From an uncultured virus (IMG/VR IMGVR_UViG_3300027971_000002) (lineage: Duplodnaviria > Heunggongvirae > Uroviricota > Caudoviricetes): a DNA stretch of 32,280 bases. The DNA lies in the IMG/VR virus record IMGVR_UViG_3300027971_000002. The stretch is one strand, 5' to 3'. Below, piece by piece: positions 17,785 to 24,281 of this stretch. The notes below the pieces were generated by a model, which worked only from the letters and a program-made list of their open reading frames with translations, was not told the DNA's origin and did no database searches. The position numbers were made by a program, and so were the translations under genes. The first letter of the stretch is position 1. Each line of letters opens with the position of its first letter.

Positions 17785-17810
17785 ATTGTAGCGCAAATGT
17801 CGACATGTCG
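17785..17810 (-). promoter_or_regulatory. Candidate promoter with CGACATGTCG palindrome
   Basis: Minus strand reads CGACATGTCGA-N9-TACAAT. Confidence 0.6.
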
Positions 17811-17812
17811 TT

Positions 17813-18058
17813 TTATCCGAGTTTTGCAGTAGTTCTAGTGTGCAACTCGTGTACAACAGCGTGAAGGGCCTCTGCCCCTGTTAAAGCTTCTTCTAAAACT
17901 GCAACATCACGGGTTCTAGAGTAAACGCTCATACAACGACCTATTTCGTAGGTAGCCTGTTCAATCCACATCTCAAGTTCTGTTGTATGTATCTTTCTTA
18001 CGCGTTTTACTACTTTTTCTGAAAAAGGCTTATCCCAAGGGCTTTTCTTTTTAAACAC
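17813..18058 (-). CDS. Hypothetical helical protein (start probably GTG at 18058)
   Basis: ORF overlapping the upstream stop, immediately before terL; no terminase small subunit motif recognised. Confidence 0.65.
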   Translation of the reverse strand: MFKKKSPWDKPFSEKVVKRVRKIHTTELEMWIEQATYEIGRCMSVYSRTRDVAVLEEALTGAEALHAVVHELHTRTTAKLG

Positions 18059-18338
18059 GCCAGTCACCTATTTCTTCCGTATTAAGTTCCATATCCCTAA
18101 GACCTAATGCTTTAGCAATCATATCATCGGCATCCTCATCAAAAACAAAGCCTTCAGAGCGCTTCCATAATCCCAACACAAACCCAGGCTTAGTAAAGGG
18201 AAAACGAAATACTAGGCATACTTTGCTTTGTCTAAACGGATGTTCAGTTTCCTGGGTCCAGCCTTTTTCTACCACAGGTAACAAATTACGGTGGTAGTAC
18301 TGAAGAACGTCTACGTATAGTGGTCCAATTGATTTCAT
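18051..18338 (-). CDS. Hypothetical protein (start revised to MKSIGP)
   Basis: ATG just after the KTSC gene stop; contains EKGWTQETEHPFR. Confidence 0.7.
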   Translation of the reverse strand: MKSIGPLYVDVLQYYHRNLLPVVEKGWTQETEHPFRQSKVCLVFRFPFTKPGFVLGLWKRSEGFVFDEDADDMIAKALGLRDMELNTEEIGDWRV

Positions 18339-18339
18339 A

Positions 18340-18840
18340 TTAGTTTGCTGCGAAGCCTCCGCCGTCTCCGTACATATAACTAGCAAATGCTTTAACATCG
18401 TTTAGCTGAACTCGTTGGTCTCTTGGCATTCCAGCGGGGTCAGCTAATCCCATTTTAGGCCATTTATTAAGCCCAGAAGCTTCTAGGTATGGGCCCTTTG
18501 AAGGCGCAAGAACAAAGCCTTCCCAAAGGTATGGTGGGACGTCGTAGTAATTCCACCAAGTTCCATCTCTAAATACAACAGTTAAAGTTTGAGTATTTGC
18601 GTCGTATCCAGCTTTTAGTGTTCTTGGTTTTTTAGGGTTTGAGCTTGTTGTTGCTCTTAAGTTATACGCAGATATAACTTGATACTTTGAGGCTACTTCT
18701 GCTTTTTTTACTTTTGATGAGGGGTTAAATAAATACTCATCAAGAGTTGGAAGGCTAGAGGCTCCAGAGGGTTGACCTATTTGATATCCGCCAAGTAGTA
18801 CGTCAATACTAGGTACTTGGGCTCTTTTTCTTGGGGGCAT
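18340..18840 (-). CDS. KTSC domain protein
   Basis: AGYDANTQTLTVVFRDG..YYDVPPYLWEGFVLAPSKGPYL matches the KTSC pattern. Confidence 0.8.
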   Translation of the reverse strand: MPPRKRAQVPSIDVLLGGYQIGQPSGASSLPTLDEYLFNPSSKVKKAEVASKYQVISAYNLRATTSSNPKKPRTLKAGYDANTQTLTVVFRDGTWWNYYDVPPYLWEGFVLAPSKGPYLEASGLNKWPKMGLADPAGMPRDQRVQLNDVKAFASYMYGDGGGFAAN

Positions 18841-19106
18841 TAATCTTCCTTACAGGTGTGGTCGCCTGTCTTATGCGCTAGAACTCGCTCGTTACATTCT
18901 GAGCAAGTTAGCACGCGGGCTCCCTTAAAGTTATTTTGAGCAGTTGACCCGATAGGAAAGTTACTTCCATCTTCAGGTACTTCTGACTCATACTCGGTAT
19001 TAATTTTAGACTCTCTAAATAACTCTTGTGGAAACGGTCCAGAAGGGCTCGTAACTCTAGAAGGTATTGGGTGAGCCTGAGCCGCTTTCACGCGGGTTAC
19101 CTTCAT
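18840..19106 (-). CDS. Hypothetical protein with a C-terminal Zn finger
   Basis: CSEC...HTC; overlapping start/stop coupling with neighbours. Confidence 0.7.
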   Translation of the reverse strand: MKVTRVKAAQAHPIPSRVTSPSGPFPQELFRESKINTEYESEVPEDGSNFPIGSTAQNNFKGARVLTCSECNERVLAHKTGDHTCKED

Positions 19107-19318
19107 TCTGTTGGTTCTTCAGTAACTTCTTCAGTCTTTTTCTTAGAAGACTTTTTAGGTGTTGAGTCTTCCGCTGAAACAAAGGCTAGTGGAAAGTGGC
19201 CAGCAGTAGCACGTTCACGAAGGTGCTTTGGTAGGCACTGGGTGCAATAGTCAACGGGGTTTACCCCAGCATCGGCTACTGTATAGATTGCATGATTATC
19301 ACAATTAACGCATTTCAT
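19103..19318 (-). CDS. Small Zn-binding protein (start revised to MKCVNC)
   Basis: GGAGGA RBS; CVNC...CTQC. Confidence 0.75.
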   Translation of the reverse strand: MKCVNCDNHAIYTVADAGVNPVDYCTQCLPKHLRERATAGHFPLAFVSAEDSTPKKSSKKKTEEVTEEPTE

Positions 19319-19347
19319 AGTTTTTCCTCCTTCTTTAAGTGTACAAC

Positions 19348-19376
19348 AAAAAAGGGAGCAGCACATAGCCGCTCCC
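19348..19376 (-). terminator. Intrinsic terminator after the holin-like gene
   Basis: GGGAGC...GCTCCC stem followed by T6 on the minus strand. Confidence 0.65.
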
Positions 19377-19390
19377 CCAATTGTAGGCTT

Positions 19391-19681
19391 TTATTTCTTC
19401 TTTGGAGCCTTTTTAGCCACAGAGGCTTCTACTGCAAGTTTCTTAGTAATTTCTGCAAGGCCAATAGTTGCTACTCGGCCAAACGCTGGGTCCTTCTTAT
19501 TGATATAGCGAAGTGCTACTGGGACCAAAGATGCCCATAGAGCGTTGGCTACTAGTAGCCACTCGCCTGAACTAAAGTCCAACGGTGTTGCTGCTCCGCT
19601 TGTTTGCATGACAATCATTACTGCGCCGATAACTTGGCCAAGCAAGTTACGTGCATAGGATTCAATCATTGCTTTATTCAT
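19391..19681 (-). CDS. Holin-like membrane protein
   Basis: Two hydrophobic segments, LRYINKKDPAFG motif and a Lys-rich C-terminus. Confidence 0.6.
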   Translation of the reverse strand: MNKAMIESYARNLLGQVIGAVMIVMQTSGAATPLDFSSGEWLLVANALWASLVPVALRYINKKDPAFGRVATIGLAEITKKLAVEASVAKKAPKKK

Positions 19682-19926
19682 TTTTCTCCTTCTTCTACGT
19701 GCTGGTCGAAACGACCCTCAAGTCTTGACAATGATACACGAACTTCAACCATGTCCACGGCAATTCTATTAATTGCGTCTTTTAGCGATGAGCCACCATT
19801 GGGCTTAAGCTCTGACAGGTAATGTTTAATTGTCCAACGAATACCTACAATTATCGCGGCGCCTACGCCTAATAACGTAGATGATAAAGCTGCCCAGTCT
19901 TGTACGCTCAAGGTGTATCCGTTCAA
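19678..19926 (-). CDS. Single-TM membrane protein of the type found next to actinophage holins
   Basis: N-terminal TM followed by ELKPNGGSSLKDAINRI and a coiled coil; start codon uncertain. Confidence 0.65.
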   Translation of the reverse strand: MNGYTLSVQDWAALSSTLLGVGAAIIVGIRWTIKHYLSELKPNGGSSLKDAINRIAVDMVEVRVSLSRLEGRFDQHVEEGEK

Positions 19927-20049
19927 TAGGTGTGATGTATATCATAGAATGGTAACAATAATAATACCGCGTTTAATTAAAATATTATTAAATATTTGTG
20001 CTTAAACTTGCATTTAGATGTACTTATCAATAAAAATTACTGGTTCAAC

Positions 20050-20128
20050 TTGACACGGCATGTAACTCTGGTGTTTCCTAGAACATGACAGGGCCACTCA
20101 CAAGGTGGCTTTTGCCTACTGAGAGGAG
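20050..20128 (+). promoter_or_regulatory. Promoter and leader of the transglycosylase gene
   Basis: TTGACA at 20050-20055, GCCAC/GTGGC hairpin at 20093-20109, GAGGAG RBS at 20123-20128. Confidence 0.5.
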
Positions 20129-20135
20129 CAATTAA

Positions 20136-20681
20136 ATGCTCAATATCAGAATTAATCTAACGATTAATCTAAGAAAGGTTGTATCAATACTAGGAGTACT
20201 CCTCATTACGAGCTCCCAGATGTTACAGCCAGCGTACGCGGTTAAAGAGTTTAGCAAGACAGTATTACCGCCAGAAAAGGCTATTACTGTATCGCTGACA
20301 CACTTGAAGGTGACCACTACGCAATCAGCTGCTAGGAAAGCCCTAGCAAGCCCACACGCTAAGTACTTTGATGCGGAAGCAACAGCGTTCTTAACTGTGT
20401 ATACCCAAGACTGGTCCGTTAAAGAATGGAATTGTCTTAGATATATTTGGACTAAAGAAAGCCACTTTAATCCAAAGGCCGAAAACAAGAGCTCGGGAGC
20501 ATACGGAATTGCTCAATTTATGCCAAGCACTTGGGGAAACTACAAGGTTGAAAAAACCTCAGACGCCCAACTACAGATTAAATATGGCTTGCGTTACATC
20601 CTAAAGCGTTACGGCAATGCTGCTGACCCAAATGGAGCGTGTAATGCACAGGCCTTCTGGAAGAAGAACAATTGGTACTAG
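20136..20681 (+). CDS. Secreted lytic transglycosylase (SLT/Rpf-like fold)
   Basis: Signal peptide ending AYA; CL..IWTKES.FNPKAEN.SSGAYGIAQFMPSTW catalytic Glu motif; QIKYGLRYI..RYG...C.A..FW....WY. Confidence 0.9.
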   Translation: MLNIRINLTINLRKVVSILGVLLITSSQMLQPAYAVKEFSKTVLPPEKAITVSLTHLKVTTTQSAARKALASPHAKYFDAEATAFLTVYTQDWSVKEWNCLRYIWTKESHFNPKAENKSSGAYGIAQFMPSTWGNYKVEKTSDAQLQIKYGLRYILKRYGNAADPNGACNAQAFWKKNNWY

Positions 20682-20686
20682 ACGTA

Positions 20687-20730
20687 AAATAAAAAAGCCC
20701 CCCAGCTAAATGCTGGGGGGCTTTTTATTT
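20687..20730. terminator. Bidirectional intrinsic terminator between convergent genes
   Basis: AAATAAAAAAGCCCCCCAGC-TAAAT-GCTGGGGGGCTTTTTATTT. Confidence 0.9.
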
Positions 20731-20733
20731 AGG

Positions 20734-21684
20734 CTATGCAGCCCAAGGTGTGATTGTAATTGTTGCTGTTGTAGCGACTGAAGCAGTTGCTGCCGCTGTT
20801 GACTGTGTCTTGATTGTTCCAGCTGTACCTGTTAGGCGTGTACCAGGTGTAATAGCGCCTGTGTTGGCAACTGTCCATCCTGAACCTGCAATAACAAGTG
20901 TGCTTCCTGAACCACCAGTTACAGTCCAAGTACCAACAAGTGCTGCTGGGATACCTGTACCTGCGGCGATAGTTACCTTAGTACCTACAGGCCATGTTGA
21001 AGTTCCGCCAGCGATTGTTACTGTTGCCGCTGTGGTTGCTGTTACGTTAATACCAGTTGGCTGTGTAGCAGTGTTTGTAGCTGCTGAAGCTGTAGTGATA
21101 TTAGCTGCTTCGTAACCTGCATCCTTAAGCTCATCAAGAGCTACTGCTGTTGTATCACCAAGTACTGAAGGTACGTTGATGTATCCAATTCCAGCGCCAT
21201 CTCCTGCTGTTAGAGCGTCTGTGCGCTGAACCTTGCCATACTGACCTGTAATAAGACCAGCGTTAGCTGCGTTAGTTACTGTAAAGCTAAGCGCGTTAGC
21301 TGTAGCAACAGTTGCTGCTGAAAGGTTGTAAGCACCTGCTGAAAGACCTGTAATGTTTACAGAAGAACCTGCAGCTAGATTGTTTTGTGATGTATAAGTT
21401 ACTGTTGTGCCATCACCTGAAACTGCTGTAATAATAAAATTACCTGAACCTGGTGTGTAAGAAGGGTATCCTGCCCAACCAGCTTCTGCTACTGCGTGGT
21501 TAGAAAGTGATGCATCTAGACGGTCTGCTGCTACGCGAGTAGTAGCTGACCATGCATAATCTCCTGAAGAGTTTGCTGAAAAGTTTGCTGGAGTCACTGC
21601 CGCAGCTCGGTCATCGTTTGGTTGCATAGGGAAGTTTCCCCACACAAAGTCAACGGCTTGCTGACCTGATGTGTCTGTTGCCAT
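20734..21684 (-). CDS. Ala/Thr-rich probable virion protein with two beta-rich modules and a split PASTA-like domain
   Basis: N-terminal VDFVWGNFPMQPNDDR; VPSVLG.T...A...LKDAGY and C-terminal GTIKTQS.AA...TITITP. Confidence 0.65.
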   Translation of the reverse strand: MATDTSGQQAVDFVWGNFPMQPNDDRAAAVTPANFSANSSGDYAWSATTRVAADRLDASLSNHAVAEAGWAGYPSYTPGSGNFIITAVSGDGTTVTYTSQNNLAAGSSVNITGLSAGAYNLSAATVATANALSFTVTNAANAGLITGQYGKVQRTDALTAGDGAGIGYINVPSVLGDTTAVALDELKDAGYEAANITTASAATNTATQPTGINVTATTAATVTIAGGTSTWPVGTKVTIAAGTGIPAALVGTWTVTGGSGSTLVIAGSGWTVANTGAITPGTRLTGTAGTIKTQSTAAATASVATTATITITPWAA

Positions 21685-21773
21685 TATTTTACCTATTTCT
21701 CTAGAGTGGTATTAACGCCTGATATCGTGGGCGCAAAGGCTATTGTCCAACGGAAATACAGAGGTTGTCAGGC

Positions 21774-21935
21774 TTAATTCGAAGACTCTCCGTTAGGACC
21801 TTTACCTGGACGACTATAGGTTCCAATACTCGGTGTTTCATTTTTAGTTAAATATATTTTGCGTATGCCAAATCTACTGTCTCTAATCGTGGCAGGTTTA
21901 AACTTTGCATCAGTGTCAAACGTTTTTTTTCTCAT
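21774..21935 (-). CDS. Small hypothetical protein (53 aa, not in ORF track)
   Basis: MRKKTFDTDAKFKPATIRDSRFGIRKIYLTKNETPSIGTYSRPGKGPNGESSN; ATGA overlap with the upstream stop. Confidence 0.6.
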   Translation of the reverse strand: MRKKTFDTDAKFKPATIRDSRFGIRKIYLTKNETPSIGTYSRPGKGPNGESSN

Positions 21936-22069
21936 GGAGACCATCGATTCCATTGAAGAGCTTGTGTTTCTTGTCCTTGGGTAGCGCCAACAGCTCTAGT
22001 AAGCGAATCACGAAAATCGCGGTCGCTAGGTTTGTCTACTTTGCTAGATTTATTTAATTGGGGTTCCAA
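21932..22069 (-). CDS. Small hypothetical protein (3' part of track ORF 21932-22204; start uncertain, possibly TTG)
   Basis: Fills the gap between genes and its stop overlaps the next ATG; no in-frame ATG downstream of 22050. Confidence 0.4.
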   Translation of the reverse strand: MEPQLNKSSKVDKPSDRDFRDSLTRAVGATQGQETQALQWNRWSP

Positions 22070-22709
22070 CGCCGCCGCCAGGAGTTGTGCCACCAAATTG
22101 ACCAGTAGAGCCGATACCAGCAACGTACTCAACGCCTTGACGAATAGGTGCAGGAGGTTTTCCGGCGTTATCATCAGCACGGTCACGACCAACGCGAGCC
22201 GCATAATTTGAATGTCGTCCAGCTGCTTCTGCTTGGCTTAACTCTCCTGAGTCAACCATTGCTTGAATTTTCTTAACTGTCATGCGAGGACCTGAAGACC
22301 CACCACGCTTTGGTGGTGGTGGAGCAAACGCAGGGTTCCAAGAGGCTTTTGCGTTGTCAAGGTCAGCAGATTGAGCGTGTGGGTTAGCTTTACCAAAACC
22401 TGTTAAATGTTCAGAGGCACGTCCACGACTCCAGTCTTGCTGTTGCACAGTAGCGTCAATACGGCTTGACTCACGATTAAACTTATCTACTTCGCCTGTT
22501 TGCTGACGACCAAAATCTAAAGCGCTATTTTGATTTGCAAGAAAAGCACCGTGAGACATTTCATCACGACGCATCTGCATGTACTGTCGCATTTGACGGC
22601 TACTCATGCCACCCATACCGCCGCGACGGCTACCGCCAAAATATCTTCCAGCAGCGTTATCGCCTACACCTGAATTAAGGTTCATGCTTCCCTCCGGGTA
22701 TGATGGCAT
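22050..22709 (-). CDS. Gly-rich, probably disordered hypothetical protein
   Basis: 219-aa ORF with low-complexity G/R/M/Q composition. Confidence 0.7.
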   Translation of the reverse strand: MPSYPEGSMNLNSGVGDNAAGRYFGGSRRGGMGGMSSRQMRQYMQMRRDEMSHGAFLANQNSALDFGRQQTGEVDKFNRESSRIDATVQQQDWSRGRASEHLTGFGKANPHAQSADLDNAKASWNPAFAPPPPKRGGSSGPRMTVKKIQAMVDSGELSQAEAAGRHSNYAARVGRDRADDNAGKPPAPIRQGVEYVAGIGSTGQFGGTTPGGGVGTPIK

Positions 22710-22731
22710 ATTAATATTGTTCCTGTTCTAC

Positions 22732-22839
22732 TTAAGAAAGTCTGTCTAAACTTGGACGAAAATCTCCGCTAATTGGGTCAACAAAATCTTCCCAGCTAAA
22801 TACTGGTTCTCTGTCACATCTTCCGTCAGCGTAAGCCAT
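22732..22839 (-). CDS. Small hypothetical protein (35 aa, not in ORF track)
   Basis: MAYADGRCDREPVFSWEDFVDPISGDFRPSLDRLS; fills the gap and overlaps the upstream small ORF. Confidence 0.4.
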   Translation of the reverse strand: MAYADGRCDREPVFSWEDFVDPISGDFRPSLDRLS

Positions 22840-22948
22840 AGTCTGATTCTAGATGTTTTTTCTCGCACATACGTGCTAAATCAGGAACAACGTAACGCTT
22901 ATCGCATAAAGCGCAGGTATAGCGCTTTATGCGTTCAGCATCATCCAC
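22826..22948 (-). CDS. Small Zn-finger-like protein (40 aa, not in ORF track)
   Basis: GTG overlapping the endolysin stop; MDDAERIKRYTCALCDKRYVVPDLARMCEKKHLESDYGLR (CxxC...CxxxH). Confidence 0.6.
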   Translation of the reverse strand: MDDAERIKRYTCALCDKRYVVPDLARMCEKKHLESDYGLR

Positions 22949-23505
22949 TACTTACCGCAGGTTGGGCACTTAGCTGCTGCTGTAGCAGGTTTAGCTGCTC
23001 CCGCTGCTTTGAACTTTGGGCGGCCAAAGCCAACAATTGAAATCAAGACTCCAGCCTTGTTCTTCTTAAATGCACGAAGTTGCTTGCACACTTCTCCGCC
23101 ATTTCTTTGGCTTCCAGACTTCTTTGAAGATGTGTTGCCTTCTATACACCAAACAGTGCCATCTTCATTATCTTTTACAACAATACCAACGTGAGAAATT
23201 CTATCGACGCCGTCTGCGGGGAAATCAAAATAGACGATATCTCCTGGTTCTGGGTCTGCAATATCTCCATCAACCCAAGCACCAGCTTTTTTGAAAGCCT
23301 GTGCTCCACCTGGAGTGTAAACAGTGTTAGGGATTTTTACGCCAGCTTCGTTTCCACACCAGTTGACGAAACTTCCGCACCATGGTTGAAAATTAGCCTT
23401 TGTATACGCGCCGTACTTTGTCTCATTGTCCTTAGGACCTTCAATAGTACCTAGCTCTGCTGTAGCAACTTCAATAAGACGGGCTGCTGTTCCTTGTTCT
23501 GCCAT
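22948..23505 (-). CDS. CHAP-domain endolysin / peptidoglycan hydrolase
   Basis: QPWCGSFVNW (catalytic Cys), PEPGDIVYF, ISHVGIV (His) and IEGNT. Confidence 0.88.
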   Translation of the reverse strand: MAEQGTAARLIEVATAELGTIEGPKDNETKYGAYTKANFQPWCGSFVNWCGNEAGVKIPNTVYTPGGAQAFKKAGAWVDGDIADPEPGDIVYFDFPADGVDRISHVGIVVKDNEDGTVWCIEGNTSSKKSGSQRNGGEVCKQLRAFKKNKAGVLISIVGFGRPKFKAAGAAKPATAAAKCPTCGK

Positions 23506-23915
23506 TACTCTTTATCCCAATCTGTATCAACTGGTTGTTCTTCTGGCATAGCGCCATTTGGCTTTGCTGCTAAACGAGCAGCTGTAGCGTCAATTTCTGC
23601 TTCAAGCTTCTTGTCAGCCTGTGTGTTCTTGGCATCCATCTCTTTGTTTGACAACTGTGCTGCCATAACATCTTTAGCACCAGAAGACCCAATAAGAATA
23701 CCTGCAAGCGTTCCTGTAATAAAAGTAGCAATACTGCCCAAAACGTTAAAGAACATCTTGTCATTCTCTGACTGTGCTCCAATAGGCTGTGTTACGAACA
23801 AAAGACCATAAAGAATGCCTAGTGAGGTTGCCAATAGGATTGTTCCTAATGTGATACCTAGAATAAACTTTAATCTAGCATCTAAGTCTTGTGGTGTTAG
23901 TTTTTCTCTAAGCAT
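23505..23915 (-). CDS. Two-TM membrane protein (holin-like candidate)
   Basis: Two long hydrophobic helices and a charged C-terminal tail; directly upstream of the endolysin. Confidence 0.7.
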   Translation of the reverse strand: MLREKLTPQDLDARLKFILGITLGTILLATSLGILYGLLFVTQPIGAQSENDKMFFNVLGSIATFITGTLAGILIGSSGAKDVMAAQLSNKEMDAKNTQADKKLEAEIDATAARLAAKPNGAMPEEQPVDTDWDKE

Positions 23916-24114
23916 TTGGTGTTCCTTTTGGTTGAGGGGTCTTTACTAAGTCTACAGGACAGGTCTGTGTAGCGGTACAGATAGGCGGCTTACATTCTGG
24001 GGTTTCCCAATTTTTTGGGTCTTGACATGGGTATCTAAAAAATCCGCTGTACCCGCAACTACTTAGAGATATAGCCAATAGTAAAGCGGCTAGTGCACAT
24101 CCAACTTTTTTCAT
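23908..24114 (-). CDS. Small Cys/Pro-rich lipoprotein
   Basis: MKK, hydrophobic stretch and LSSC lipobox; mature part RYPCQDPKNWETPECKPPICTATQTCP. Confidence 0.75.
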   Translation of the reverse strand: MKKVGCALAALLLAISLSSCGYSGFFRYPCQDPKNWETPECKPPICTATQTCPVDLVKTPQPKGTPNA

Positions 24115-24281
24115 TCTTCATCCTTTGGGTTACGTAGTCGGTAAGTCACCGCCCAAGCAAATAATGTTCCCATAATTGCGTACCCCACAATTGTTTTTGC
24201 TGAACCGTCTAGCACTACCCAAGCAATAAACATGCCTAGTAGTGTCCATAGCTGGTCAACCATATCTCTTAGTACTCTCAC
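24111..24281 (-). CDS. Small two-TM membrane protein (56 aa, not in ORF track)
   Basis: [56 protein letters not shown]; 4-nt overlaps at both ends and an AGGAG RBS. Confidence 0.8.
   Translation of the reverse strand: MRVLRDMVDQLWTLLGMFIAWVVLDGSAKTIVGYAIMGTLFAWAVTYRLRNPKDEE

Noticed and set aside
17813..18058. Terminase small subunit by position
   Set aside because: No recognisable HTH or TerS motif, and it is separated from terL by a promoter and terminator.
20050..20135. c-di-AMP (ydaO) riboswitch upstream of the transglycosylase
   Set aside because: The leader is too short and the conserved ydaO sequence elements were not recognised.
21932..22204. Programmed frameshift joining 22050-22709 to the downstream frame
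   Set aside because: No canonical slippery heptamer was recognised at the junction, and a TTG start at 22069 explains the downstream ORF more simply.
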